From Stylophora pistillata (Eukaryota): 64,000 nucleotides of DNA. Position numbers and translations under genes: made by a program. Positions 49,801-64,000 of the stretch are shown here, in pieces. Location of the stretch: NCBI RefSeq assembly GCF_002571385.2, contig NW_019218027.1:40072-104071 (forward strand), in the 5' to 3' direction. The notes beneath the pieces are model-generated. The model was not told where the DNA came from, did not search any database, and worked only from the letters and a program-made list of their open reading frames with translations. Within the stretch, counting starts at the first letter, position 1; the number at the start of each line of letters is the position of its first letter.

Positions 49801-52800
49801 TTGGTTACAGATAGGAGTTCAACAACTCGATTGGACACAATTACAAAACTGATCAATCTTCCTGACAATTAAAAATATGTACTTCTGTAATCTAAACAAC
49901 AATTGATAATCGAAAAAATTAACCTGAAAATTTAATCGAGGAGACATTCTGGCCGAAAGAAGCTCGAGTATTGTGCTTCACCAGACAGACCTTTATTCTT
50001 GGAACTCTTCCATGGGCTAGTGAAAAAAGAATGTCACTTTTTATGCAACATAGGTATATTGTCGATGGTTAGGAGGCCATCATTGGGAAGACAAGATATT
50101 TAGTTCAGAAGTTTTTTTTCTTTGTCGGAATGATTTTTCTCTTTATCAGGTAAAGTTAGTCAAAAGCAAATCATACACCGACCGCCTATCATTGATTGTC
50201 AACAAACAAGTTTACGGAAACGAATACCCTTGACTTTTTATTTATAGGGTAATCATGTTGTCTACAATTTAAATAAAACAGACAGCTGTATACATCCAGT
50301 ATAATAAGCTGTCATGTAATATTAACAGTCTGTCGCCAGTATATTTGCCTTGAGATAATTCACTGATTCGCGTTCACTTCCGAAATCTGTTAGCCGTATC
50401 TCAATGAAAAGTCAGTACAACTGGATGGATCTTTCAAGGCAACACTTTTCACTCTCGTTTTTGCTGTCATCGAGGGACCTCAGCTATAGGTATGTGAACA
50501 ATTTGTCTTCTGGAACACAGACAAAGGTCACATTCGGAATCCAGTGGAAATTTTTTGCGCCGAAATCTTTGTCTGTATATGGCTGATGAATACAATATCC
50601 CACCACGCTTCTTAGCAACGTAAAGATAGAGGCACGGAAAAGGTTTTCTGTCTATCTCACATATATTTCAATGGGTGAATAGCCCTTGCATGAGATCTGC
50701 AAGATCTGGCAACAGTTTCGGTCTTTCAAGAGCCAAAAAAGGGGAAAAAGCCGGTCTCTTACCAATTTTATCGTGGCTAGTTGCTGATCGGCTAAGCGAT
50801 AACTGTGATGTATTAACGTTAGTTTCCTCATGACAGTTTGCACGCTTTTTGCCGTTAACCTTTATTAACGAAATCTTGGAAAATCAACATCCGTCCAAAA
50901 AAAACAAGGTAGATGATTCAAATGAACAGATGGTTTATACTGTTTAATAGATGCATGCGGTACACAGGCGAAGAGGCTGCCGGAAACTAACGGATTTGCA
51001 AATAAATTTCTGAAACAGGCCGGATAAGAATTTCCACAACACAGTGGCACATCGTTTTGGTGAAATGATAAATGAAAATAGTGAAATACCTTGTAAAATG
51101 AGACAGCTACGCTCCACAGAAATCACCGACCAGCAAACTTACTTGAACCGATGAATTTCTTGGTCTTTTTTTCTCTCTCGTTCCCAGGGTTTATCTAAAT
51201 CGGCTTAAAGCCTCGTTTCCATGGTCTTTTAGCTCGTATTTCAAGATGGCCGCTAACTTTGTATGTCAGAAAAGTTTCAAATGAACTTTAGAAAAAAAAA
51301 AAAAAAACCACGGCAGCAGTCTCAACCGTACAACCGGCGTGCGAACCAGAGAAAAGAAGAAAAGATATTTTGTACAGTAAAAACATGTTTGGTCTTTCCT
51401 TTATCATCTTCAGTTCCACGAATTTTCTTGTAAGTGCAAGAGTGCAAGGCTGCAAGTCCCCATTTGGCAACTAAAAATTATAAAATTGTCGCAAGACGAA
51501 TAATTGAAGGGGCCACGAAAAAGAAAGGACTGGGCAATACCGTATTACATGACGTAATATGTACTACCTAAAGCCAGCTACGCTGGAGATCTGCGAGTAA
51601 ACCGGAGAAGGGAAAAAATAATAAAAGACAACGACAGAATATTAATCATGGCTCATAATCATGTTTACCTCATGTTGGATTTCGAACATTACAAAGGAAC
51701 TAATAAAAGCACCTCAGCATCCTTCACGTCCGCCAGCTACAGGCATTTTGCTGCAAATTTAGTCAACGAGAATGTTTTCTACTCGGCGCTACGGCGACCA
51801 AAAGGGTTGCATCTGAGTGCGAAATTTCGACCGTCTGTAAAGTGATGTTATTGAATTCCCTTTTTAAGACTGATTACCAAGTACCTTTTAAGGGCATTTC
51901 ACAACATAATCGCACCGTATTTGAAGAACTCAAATACTAACGCAATGAAAATTTGCAACTGACCAATTGTCCAAACATGTTTTGTGGATAATGACAGGTT
52001 GTTCAGTTTTCTTTCCGTTATGTTTCAAATCCTCAACCTATAAAACTTCTTACATCTTCGACTCCCTCTCAGCTTGAATGAAAAAAGTTAGTTGAAGAAG
52101 CCAGATAAACAGAACAAATTTGGTTTTGATATTTGTCTTCATCGGGGTCGTAGTAAGTGACAAAATCGGAACTATTTCTTGAGCCTGAAGAACGACATTT
52201 TCGAAACGGTTGAAATCACGGTTGTATTAACTCTTTAAGGAAACTGACTGATCCTGCCTTAGTACTGTGATAACAAGTATTTTTGATAAGAGTGCGACGT
52301 GACGAAAAGAGACTCCTACGCAAAAATTTCAAAATTACATTTGTAATATTCGACTTTGAAACGTCCAAATTGGACGATTGTAAGAATATCATGATATTTC
52401 GTGAATGAACAAGCGGAAACGCTACTATTTAAGTACATCGAAACACGCTAAACTTATGAAATATCCCGAAGCCAATTAGACCATGATATTGCAGCCTTAA
52501 CACATTTTTCACTCCAATTAAATGCCTTACTCCTTAAAATGTATTAACTAACCGCTCTATTTTATTGTTCAAAATAAGACGGAGAATTTCGATTCAGCAC
52601 TGAGCCGTGAAGTGACTCTTCAGCTTTCAAACTAAATACATATTTGTTATGTAAAAAATGTTTTACACTCTGGCATGTATAAGACTTCAGGTGATATTTT
52701 ACTGTTAAAAAATTCCGACGACCAAATTTTGTAGCAGTAGATCTGAAGAGGCTCTTATAAGTGACCTTTACACACTGTAGTATATCCTGGCTAAGTTTTT

Positions 52801-55800
52801 CTTTTCGACACGCATACATTCTTTATCATTAGAAACTGAAAACGGGTTCTCTGACGACTGAGAGTTCTTTACTATGGAGATATACTTCAAGATTTAACTT
52901 TGGTCTCAGAAAATACGAGCTTATCGCTGATGCAATCCCTTTGTTACTTAACAATGGAAATTTATTGTTTTCTAACGATTTGCAACACAACATATCGCTA
53001 TTCAAGGAATGATGAACTTCTCAAACTTTCGCTACAAACATTTGGGTTTGTGAAGTTGTTATTTTTATCCAACGGGCCAAATATCATACTCGATGTGGGC
53101 CCACACGTATCTGTGCGTGCGTTTGATTCAAGAACTTGGTACTTTTTTCCATCTTTCTTTTATTTAACCAAAGCTTATCACGGGAAAGGTAAATAACATT
53201 TCCATGTATTTAACAACAATATTGTTCCAGCCAAGAGTTTCATCACGTATACTAGATCAAATTTTCTGCAATCCCTCTTGAAGGTGGTACCGAAAAGTGA
53301 AAATCTACGCACATTCCTTTAAAAGAATCCGTAAATATTGTTTTACTTAGGGTTTATTGTTAGTTTTATGAACCAAAATGGATACACTATACACACTGCA
53401 CGTCAACATTACTCATATATGATTGAAGTTTTCAAAATTATTGATTTATTTGTGGCTCCAGTTTTGAGGGTTTTGTGAAAGGTTCGGCCGAGCTGCACCC
53501 GGATGTCTGCAAGAAAGCGACGGAAAAAGTGCCTCTCCATACTTCTTTCCAGACATGCGCATTTTGATGACAAGGTCCAATAGGAAGTGACTTCACGTAG
53601 AAAAGGACCATCATCATGGCTTTGAGCGCTGGTGGGAGGGAGTGGGGGATCGTTAATAAGGGGGGAAATTTTACCTGCTCAGCAAAGGAAGCCACAGGAA
53701 AAACATCCAATAAGCAAGCCAACCTTGCTTCGTTTTTACTGATCTTTGCGATAATTCACTGTTGTCTCGCAGAATTTTGGATTCGGGCTGCTCAGAAGGA
53801 AATCACTCGAATCCAGTCGATAAATGTTATTTTCTCGAAACGAGTTGACTACTGCAATTGTAGTTTCTGAAACGGTTTTAGAATAAAACCCTTCTTATAT
53901 CAAACCTTTATCAAAGGAATAGTGAAAAATGCAATGCTTGCGCCATTTTTTTCTCTAGCAACACATTTGTAAGACTCTAAAGATCTGTTTTAATGATGAA
54001 TCGTAAAGCTTTAAGTTCTTAACCGTAGATTGTTTTCAATTAAAAAAAAAAATTGTGTATAGAAAAAAAAAACCCAGATATTTGTCCAAGTTCTCAGACT
54101 GATTTTACCGGTATTTTGATTCACTTTCCTTGTAAAATTTAGTTGCGTTGAAATCACTGTAGATACAAAGGAAGGTCAAACAGTGCTCTTTCAAGTTTAA
54201 ATGGCTTTCCGTGAGGTCCACGAAACTGAAACAGTATGAAGTTGAGTTGATGGAAAAATAATCGATGGTTAAGGATTGAAAATATTTATTTTCGTCCACA
54301 GTAATCATTTGGTTTGATTTAGTAAGGCTAAAGTTCAGTGCTTTACCGTTTCCGGCACTCCGTGTGTTGTTTGAATTTCATCATAGCCACAATCAGATCA
54401 GAAGGCAAAATTAAGCTATTTTTAAAAGTAGAAAAGCTACTTTACCAAAAATGAAAACATTCGACATTGTTTCTGTTGGAAATAGATCGTTAAGAAGTAA
54501 ATCACACGGGTTTAATTAGAAAAATAAAACACAAGGAATTCTAATTTGGGGCGTAATGCTATACAAGTTCATATTTGTGCAAGGGTGTTTGAACTATAAT
54601 TGCAAAAACAGAGATTACTTCTAGAGATCTCACCGCGGATATACTTCGCATATTGTTTTTAACATCCCGCAGAATTCCAATTGACAACAGTGTTGACAAA
54701 TCAAGGACTCATGCGAATTGGTTTCAACAACGGCGAGCTGAGAGCAGAAAGAATGCGTCGAATAAAACGTATGTCCGGAATTTTCAAGTTTTTTCTTGTT
54801 TTCTTTTCTTGTTTTTTTTTGTTTTGTTTTGTTTTTTTTTCTATTTTTACTTTGTTGTGCCTACAAGCTTTGAATTGAACGCAAAAGGAAATTGTTCAAG
54901 AGAAGGATTAATGAAATGGAATTTCTGTTCTTTCTCACAAATGTTAAGAAGTATCTCTATAAACAGGCCGCTTTCCGGCACTACCTTAGCGGCCATGTTT
55001 TTGAATGGTGTGACTCAATGGTCGGTCCGCCCCCTCAAGAAAAGGCAAAATGGCGAGTTTCTCGATAATCTTGTTCACGCAGTGATACTTAATAGCTGGG
55101 TGGCTTTTGTAAGCGGCTGTTTTCCAAAGCCTGAATCGGCCTGAATCATTTACCTGTAGTTCATAAGATAATCAGTTTAGATCGGGCCCGTGTTCCTTAG
55201 TAATGATCAGTTTATCAAACTTTCATTGCGTTTATCTGAGAAATTCTTGACGTGCTGCGCTTTTATCTGTATAAAAAAATAAGCCTTAGGCCGGAACTCG
55301 GAAGTCAATAGAATTTCAATAGAGGTTCTTTGTTTGTCTGAGTTAGGAACATGGGTAGAAACATTCAATAATAAATCACAGTTAATCCGCACCACGGAAA
55401 AAACCGATCAAGGCTAACATCGTGGTGAGCAACTTGATTTAGTGGGCAAAGTATCCAATAATGAAATAAAGAAGAACAGTCTTCATTCTGTCGTTTTGTA
55501 AAATTTATCCCCATCATCCGCCTTCAAATATACAATATCATGTCTTTAACTGAATCTAAATAGCTGGTTTTAATTCTCGCAAATTAACGGAGAATTGTTT
55601 CGCCAACTTACCTCGCGGTTACACGGTCATACGAAATTTCTCCTCTCCATGAAACTTCAAATTATCAGTGAATAAACAGCTTTGCTTATGATCTAAAATT
55701 AAACCACAATTGTTTCGCCCCTGATGGCTAATACAGGCTCCGAACTCTGCTGATAACGCCAAAAATGTCGGTATCATATATAGGCACACGGCGGTTCACA

Positions 55801-58800
55801 ATTGGGATGGACACGACGCGAACATGCAATGATGTCACAGATTGCGAAACCCTACCTGATGGATGGAAAGATATATTTCGCCTATTTTTGTCTTTTATGT
55901 ACTTCATGCTGTTTCTATGAGTTGTCTTGACAAATTAACCAAATAATGTAACTGGAAAATATTCTCTGCTTCTAGAGGTAAGCTGAACGTTTTTCCTTGA
56001 AGACTCTTAGTGAGGAAAAAGCGAAGATAAAAGTAATAATTTTGCATAAAAACGTCGAGGAAAGCGGTGGAATACGAAACTGTGAAATTTGTTCTGGAAT
56101 GTTTTTTGTTTATTTGTAGAGGAACTAATTGTTAAATAATCGTCAGAAATAATAACAATTAAAATAACATCTTCTACATGCTTGAAAACGGTCGAAATTC
56201 ACGAGTTAATTGCAAATAGATCGAAGTTTAACTCGCTTCTAAGGTTAAGATAGCATTTGAGTTGGTCATCATGTGAAGCCATGAATAAATATGTTCTCCG
56301 TATGTTTGTCTTTGAGAAGGAATGTCCGAGGTTGCATGTTCTTCAAACGAGCAAATAATCCAAACCAGACCTAAGAGGGCGCAGATATTGGGTTAAGGAT
56401 TAAGCTTAAAAATGAAGCAGTGAGAACTTACAGGGTTTGTCATCAATCTGGTAGCGATATGAATGTGATAAGTTGAGGCTTGTCGGTTGGCTCTTGTCGC
56501 TATCAAGGACGCATTCCAAGGGATCTGACAACTGTCGTTTGAACGGATGAAAAGCTTATCAAAGCCTCTATGCTTTTCATCACTTTATTAGTAGCAGGTT
56601 AGAGAGCTCATTAGCTATTGTTTTTCAAATTCAAACTGAATAAAGAGTACACGAGTAAAGGTGTTCAAATCGTCATCAAGTTGTTAGGAAGTTTGGCGCA
56701 GCGTACAGATTTTTTCCTTTTATGAGTTTTTAATAGCAATACTTTGTCTCGGTACAAGCACCACATTTCAAAATCAAATTTGATAAAAGATGTCATTTTG
56801 ATTGAGGTTGTGAGCGGTAAGTCTTGCTTACTTTTAGGATTAGCTTCGTGGGGTTGCGCTTAAAAAACGACTTTTTAATCTTATAATACCCAAATTTGAC
56901 ATGACTGATGAACGCACATTTGGAACAAAATTGAAATTGTCTATTTAGATTTAGATAATGGTCTTGTTATTGGAGGAATCTGGCGGTAAAATAAATTCAA
57001 AATGACTCGATTTGAAGTAAAATGTTTCGATAAAGAAAAAAAAAAAAAAACACCGGCAAACGATTACTATAAATTGTTTAACATATTTACCGTGGATCCT
57101 TCTTAATTGATTACAGTAACACTGATGTCAGACTGCCACACTTTATTTAGAAAGCTATGCCAGTGGAAGAAATCCGTGCAAATCTTGCACAAAATTTGTA
57201 AACAAAAGTTCTTTTAAATCATTATAAGTAACTGTGGGCTGTTACTTTTCTTGAGAAAAATAAATACTTCGAGAAAAGGTTAGTTATCTTAGACTTTCAA
57301 GCAGAATCGAAAGCGTTCTTCAGTAGAATTTCTGAGAAAACATTCGGATTTAGCCAGAATAAATTCTCCCGCTACTCAACCAGCACACAAACACATTCAG
57401 CGAAAAAATCGAGCTCTTACGTTTTCAAATAGCTACCAAAACTGAGCGACTGTTTTATTTCCTGAACAGTGATAAGAAAAAGTGTTTTGAACATTTAAGT
57501 CTGAAAAAAGTAGATCATTTAAACTTAGGGATAACACGGAAAAATGCGGCATTAAATATATATATATATTCTTAAATATAATTCTGGTTTGTCAAATGAC
57601 CCAAATACCAAAGCTGCTAGATTACGATTACAGAGTTGAGCGACTGAGAACTGCTCTCATTTAACTTGAAGGAAAGTTTAGCGGTAAATAAGGAAACTGC
57701 AAAATCATTAGTTAGGCAATATAGAAAAACACCAGAGCGACAATAACCATCCAAAATACTTGTTAAAATAAGGATGCAGAATATAAACATAGTTCGCTAC
57801 AAACAGACCTAAAGTATTTCGCTGAAAACTTTCAAGAATTAAAAACTGTTACAAAATCTCAAATTCATTCTGTCGCCAGGAGGTGCACAGGCCGCCTTCA
57901 TTCAGTGAAGTGAAAACTTTACTGATAATCAAATACTAACCTGCTATATGAGTTGCATTTTCTCCAAGCGATGAAATCAGATGTTGCATGCCTCGTAAAT
58001 AAAAAAATAGCGTTAAGGGCTCCACCGTTATAGTGAAAAGGCTGTCAGTGACTAAAAATTCATTTCCTGGAGCAACAAGATGTGTTAATATACTGTCAAA
58101 TAGGCTCTCCAGGTTTCGCGCCGCAAGTGAGCCATAAATCGTCTTTTCCGGATGTGACACTGAGTTATTTGCGGCTGATAGTTGCCGCCAACAGAACATA
58201 ATTGTCTTGAGAAAACATCCTGTATAAAATGAACAAATATAATATACCACGGAATGCTTCTTAAATTTCAATAACTTTAATTCTCACAAATGTTTATATT
58301 CATAAACATTCCCATGCAAATCAATTGATATATTTAAGAACACAAATAAAACGACATGTTAAATTCTGCAGACAACCGAGGTTATCGAGAGCATCATCTG
58401 TTTAATATCTTTTTCAACTATTATTTCATTGGACAAGGTTTTTCTTTTTTTTTCTTTTTTTTTTTGTTTTTTTGTTTTTTGAAAACTTGTGGAATGATAT
58501 GTGTTAGACATCTGTGGTCCTCGAATGGCTGACGGAGTAATTTTGCAAATGAGAATCAAAGCAAATGTCACACTCTTCTCACTGAGAACTAGCTATTTGT
58601 ATATTTATTGAGAGTGGCCCCAGCGAAAAAAGAGACAGATAAATTTAAGATTGTTGTCGATTTGTAAGCGCCTATGTAATAATTATACAATACTAAACCA
58701 ACCAGAAAAAAAAGGCAAAAGGGAAAAAGGAAAAAAAGCGGTAATGGGGGAATGGGGGTAGAGGAAGGGGAAAGGCAGCACCTTCCCAAGATACCTCCGC

Positions 58801-58850
58801 TACCCCCCTCCTCCTGTTTCTTAGTATTACCATAAAAAAAAAAGTCTGTT

Positions 58851-59116
58851 TACGAGCCAGTGGTCCATCAGACCGGTGCTTAACTCCGGTTTCTGTAGCA
58901 TGAATCGACTAGGAGTATTTCTACTCCCCCTTGGATGGGATGCCAGTCCATCGCAGGGTTACTTATGAACTTTGCCGGTACCCTGGGTAAAGAGAAGCAC
59001 TGTGAAGGTAAAGTGTCTTGCCGAAGAACACAACACGATGTCCTCGGCCAGGGCTCGAACCCAGACCACTCGATCCGGAGTTGAGCGCACTAACCATGCG
59101 GCCACCGCGCCTCCAC
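58851..59116 (-). mobile_element. tRNA-derived SINE (SINE2), near full length
   Basis: A box TGGCCGCATGG and B box GGTTCGAGCCC, a CORE-like ttcggcaagacacttta segment, and a tail gatggactggcatcccatcc..atgctacagaaaccggag. Related fragments at ~1770-1935, ~14500-14660, 61010-61165 and 62050-62110. Confidence 0.85.
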
Positions 59117-60575
59117 AGTATTTCCTAAAGATATTTTTAATGTGGAATTTTCTTGTACTCATCAGATTGACACAGTCCACAGCCTATAAGAATGGGGTTC
59201 TGTTTAGCTGCTGTTTACGGATTAACCTATCTTTGTGCTGGCCAAGACTTTCAGAAAACACGTTTTTCTTATCTGGTAATCGGTGAGTTCAAATCCATAA
59301 GCCTGGTTTTTGTCAGAGGAAGAGAGTAGCTGATGCGCGTGCGTGAATCGATCGACCCGGTGCTCACCTTTCATTTTATTCCGGCCCTTTCATCGCAGGA
59401 TTTGCAGTTAAGGTGTGATATGCAGATTGAAGAGAGCGGAAGAGACCACAAGAGAAAGCATCGAGTTTTTGATTTACGATGAAAATTGATCATTGAATAG
59501 CTGTTGTCCAAAATATTTTGAGACCTCGAAAAATAATATTTTTGTTGAAATTGTAGTCTAAGAGATTAGAAGGGGATGTAATTATCACTGACAGCAATTA
59601 TTAGACCCAGAAAGTCCAGTGGCGCCAGGGATTGATAATCTAAGCTGTTAAACGCTGCTTAAACGGATAAAACAGAACTTTTACCTAAAAAGGAAATCAA
59701 AGCTATTACGATTTAGATCACCCAGGAGATCTTAGAACGTAACAAATTCCTGTATTACGAAGTGGCTCACAAAACGTTTTGATGCTACAAATATTTAGAA
59801 CAAAGGGCTAATTATGGCTATTCCACTTTTTGAGTGATTGTGACTTTTAAAATCTCTCACACGAAAAAGCAGACAATTTCTATGCTCAAAATAACCAAAC
59901 CTGTTTCTTTTTTTGAAGGATTCCCATGTAAGACTTGGGACAAAATAAACTAAACCATGACACTGAATCAAAGGACTGATTTTATTTGTCTAATTAGCAA
60001 ACTTTGGGAAAAGTTTTATCATTACAGGAATACCTTCGCCCACATAGTACATAGAAACTGAAGGTCCCTTTCCGCTCTGAAACTAAATTTAATTTGAATG
60101 ACGCCTTCGCCCACACTTCCTCTCTGTCCACCCAGAAATTAAAAAAAGTTTGTGGTACGTTACAGTCGCGACTGTTCGATCTCTGCACTTTATCATGTTA
60201 CAATAGCGAATACTACCGGGATTAACTTATTTCAAGAGCCATAGTATGGCTCTTGCTGATTTTGTTTTTTTTTTTTTTTTTTTTTGAACGGCACCCATTC
60301 AATGGATTTACCGTCAGACCGGCTCATGTTGATGTGCTAAGTGAAGATTAGTGTCTACAAGCGTAAAGTTTTTCAAAAAAATCATTTAATATATTGAAAA
60401 GGATATTTGCCCTGCGTTAATTCGACGGCCTGGCGACAAGTTTTGTTTACATTGGTTAAGCGTGTCCAGAATAATATCGGTCTCAGCAAATTAAAATTTT
60501 TATTGAGCACCCAGATGAGCCAGAGAGACTGGAAACTAAATGCTTTCCCATATATCTTAGCGCTCCGTCGCCAAC

Positions 60576-63520
60576 ATGGCGGACTCGGAGGACGAGGATG
60601 GTTCTCTCAATCTAACAGGGTTTTTATTTGGAAATATCAACGAGAAAGGCGAGCTTGAAGACACAGAGATATTAGATGAGGTAGTTTACACTTCTGATTA
60701 GTCGATTGTGGATAGTTTCGTTTTTTCACATGTTAATGACCTCAAGACTTTTACTCAACAAATAATTTGAAATCCACAATTATACATTTTAACAGGATTT
60801 GATTTGATCGTTGTTTTCATTCAGTTTCTTCTTAAACAGAATATATACTTTTTCGTTATTAGGAAAAGCTTTTCCTTTGTTTTAGCTGTTCTAATTTTTT
60901 CTCACTCCCAGTATATAAGCTTTTTCTGTGGTTAGTTAGGCTTGAATATAAACAACTAATTAGGAAGGGTAATTATGCGTATGTTTATGTCCTTAAGTCC
61001 AGGAGAATTAAATGGGAACTGGCGAATTTAATGCTGGGGGTAACCCTGCAATGGACTAGCATCCCATCCAGGGGGGGGGGGGGGCTAGAATTACTCCTAG
61101 CTGCTTCATGCTACGGAAACCTAAGTTAAGTGCCAGCCCGATGGGCCACAGGGCTCTTAAGTAGGCTTTTATGTCCTGTTACATGACAAAGGGAATCAAA
61201 GAAATCAAGGAAAAAAATCGGAAGAAGAGAAATTAAATGTGTATCATTTACTGATGTGGAAAGTGAGGAAGCTTACAAATGTGTATGCCTGATTTTTGCT
61301 GCTCTCTTGTGTCTGGGTTTGCTCTCCCCCCCCCCACACCCTGAGAAGATGGAGGGGGGCGGAGAAGAGTGGAGGGAGGAGAAACAGCAGCTGTTGATCA
61401 AGCCTAACAAATACAGGATATAATTGCTAGGCCATTTATCAGTGTGACTTGAGCTGGGCTTGGATTGTTAGTAAATGTTTGCGCACAACACCAAACCACT
61501 GTAAAACAAATTAAAGCCCTAGTCCTGATGACAATCTATTGTTTTTGCCATTATGTGTGTGGAAATCTTACTGAATTTTGAATTACACTGTTTAATATTG
61601 GACCTGTATTGTTGTATTCATATTCATGTATATATTCTTCAAATTTCTTGTAAGGAATCACGGCGCCATCTTTCTCAGCTGAGCTCTCTGAGTGGTCTAG
61701 GAAGTCTAGTGCAAGATATAGCAGAGGAAGGGAATTCACCACATCATGAATCAGGTCCACTGGGGGAGGGAAGCACCAGTAAGATACATTTTGGTGTCTT
61801 TTGGTTCAATATCTGATCAATTTAGTGAGTAGGTGATGGAGGGGTCCTGCTCCAATTACACAGCATTGTAGGCAAAAGGTATAATAATTTGCATTTTAGG
61901 CTCTGGATAATCTAAGTCTTGTTGCTAGATATCCAGTCAACTTGGATCTTTCACTTCGTGAGCTGTTCTAGCATCCTTTAAAAGGGAATAGCTATATTTC
62001 TTAGTTGTTTCTTACTAAATTAATTAGAATGATTATTTCATTATTGTAAACTTGACGAGATGCTGGTAAGATGGGATAGTAATCTGTGATGGACTAGCAT
62101 CCCATTCATCACTTCTAAATGTTGAATCCTTCATTGAAACATGGTAAGCTCAGTGCTTTCCTTTTCCAGTGGTATCTGACAAATTGACCACCAACTAATA
62201 CCTGTTATCACTGCATCAAATTGCTTGGAATTTGTAAAAATTCAACAGGTAAATCCCCTTTAGAAGGCTGGATTCAGAAGGATTCAAGCGCAACAGACTA
62301 CAGTGATATCTCCGAGCTAGCAGAGGAAGAAGAGGAAAAATATTACAAACATGCTGTGTCCATATTCTCTCAAAAGAAGAACACAAGCACAGTTGGTAAG
62401 TCACACGAACCAAGTGAAGAATTCTTATCAAAACATCATTCTCCTTCATTGACTTTTGTTTTGTATTATTGTCTCTATCTGTTATTTGTTGTTCTCCTCA
62501 AAGCACCTGGGCTTATCAAGGGGGATTGAAGTTAATTATATTACAATCACAATGTTACAATTTTTATTACAATAATGAACTGTTAAGGGGATGAATCAAA
62601 ATAATTTGATTTGATTAAATTTTAGATGACGAGGACTATGATGATGATAGTATTGACAATGTCGATAAGACACAGAATGATAAAGGTTTGTTTGCTTGAT
62701 GACATAGTTTTAGCAGTGACATACTGTAGGAGGTGACTGTGCCAGTTTTGATGGGAGCACCTAACTTATATAAATTATATCAGTACTTTATTTTGATTAT
62801 AATGGAACTATCATTTTACTTTATTGATATATTTAAATTTGTTTGCTATACTACCAGCTTGAAATTTCTCTGATTATAATTATTCTAACAAATCAGGTCA
62901 CTTACTGTTACCTACCATTGTCCCTGCGGCTTCCACACTGTCTAAACACGAACAGGACAGATTGGCAATGCCTCCACCACCAACTCCACAGGTGTCTGTG
63001 GCTCCATCAGGGGAGAGTGTCAGAGTGAATGACAGTGCCAATAAGGACTCAATTGCTACTCCTCTTGCTGGTACGATTGGATCAGGTAGATATACAATCA
63101 GTTCTCTGCTCCATTTGTCTACCTTTCACAGGAAATTTCTACAGACAGGAATTTAACAGAACATGTACACAAGCCTAGTTTAATACTGAAATATATTATT
63201 AAGGCTCACAAATAACTGTTTACGATGTTTCAAATTCTATTGTATTTGTTATCTTCTAAGACTTATTGAACAAGGATGGCAAACTGACCACTCATGATGG
63301 AAAAACAGTCACAGATCTGTTTCCAGAGTTCCGCCCTGGACAGGTCTTGAGGTTTTCCCGTCTTTTTGGCCCTGCAAAAGCTTCGTCCATGCCTCAGCAA
63401 TGGCGTAATGCTAAGAAAAGGAAAAAGAAGAAGAAAAAACAAGATGATGAAAAGACTGTGATTGAACCTCCGAAAACTCCACCAAGTCCTCGACCTGAAG
63501 ATTGTATGTCTGATGATGAG
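60576..63520 (+). CDS. TAF1: Transcription initiation factor TFIID subunit 1, 5' exons (60576-60680, 61655-61778, ~62249-62395, 62626-62685, 62897-~63085, 63261-63520); gene continues beyond the window
   Basis: MADSEDEDGSLNLTGFLFGNINEKGELEDTEILDE|ESRRHLSQL..LGSL (TAND1 region), ATDYSDISELAEEE, and VTDLFPEFRPGQVLRFSRLFGP are TAF1 N-terminal signatures. Confidence 0.95.
61010..61165 (+). mobile_element. 3' half of the same SINE family (TAF1 intron 1)
   Basis: ggggtaaccctgcaatggactagcatcccatccaggggg..gcttcatgctacggaaacc. Confidence 0.75.
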
Positions 63521-64000
63521 GTAACTAAAATGAAAAATGGAGATTTTACTAGCTGTTTGAAGTCCTTTGGGTCACGAGACATATGCTGTAAATCCTTGGA
63601 TTACTGCTGCCATTTGGTATAAGCCCCCATTTGGTATATGCACAAAAATGAGAATTATGTGTTATTCTGTTAAGTCAAATTTTGAGAGAACAGATGTATC
63701 ATCCCCTTGTCTTTTCACTCTTGAGAAATGGGTTGAACAATTTTTATTCAGACACTTGTTTGCTACCCTCAACCATTCATTTTTTGATGCATTGCAACCT
63801 GTGAATAAAAATTATCAGTAGGCAGTTTCCATAGAATAATCTTCATCTTTCCCTACATGAACAACTCATTTTCAAACTTAAAAGCGATTTGAAGAAAAAA
63901 AATTATTGAAGGTAGAATATTGGTTGATTTGTTGGTAACACCAAATTCTCAAAGCCAAATTTACAAAATGTAAGGAAAACATTGTTGAGAATTAGAGCTC

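Noticed and set aside
54653-55144. 163-aa plus-strand ORF with a hydrophobic stretch
   Set aside because: The Phe-rich segment comes from a T-rich low-complexity tract; non-ATG start and no recognisable domain

Overview
Eukaryotic, intron-rich, AT-rich animal DNA. The repeat types and gene architecture suggest a cnidarian, probably a stony coral; this is an inference. Four protein-coding genes could be reconstructed by hand. (1) THOC2, complete, minus strand, ~45-50 exons, ATG at 24929, stop at 1582. It has two minor-spliceosome (U12) introns: a GT-AG intron at 15378-16059 and a terminal AT-AC intron at 1619-2062. (2) GTPBP8 (EngB/YihA-family GTPase), complete, plus strand, 6 exons, head-to-head with THOC2 across only ~120-140 bp, with an atypical P-loop (GRTSVGKS). 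(3) A Fat4/Fat orthologue, complete, minus strand, 5 coding exons, ~4924 aa. All 34 cadherin repeats lie in one 12,156-nt coding exon, and the protein has a polybasic furin-type site and a C-terminal EEYV. (4) The 5' part of TAF1, plus strand, from 60576 past the window end. About 14 kb between FAT4 and TAF1 lacks any recognisable coding sequence. Repeats include a tRNA-Thr-like 247-bp tandem/fold-back array at the window start, Penelope-type termini carrying a minimal hammerhead-ribozyme motif, many copies of a TTAA-flanked ~200-bp MITE, tRNA-derived SINEs and several minisatellites. No prokaryotic-type systems are present. The best candidates for follow-up are RNA-level features: U12 introns, the hammerhead fold-back, the tRNA-like array and candidate truncating exons.
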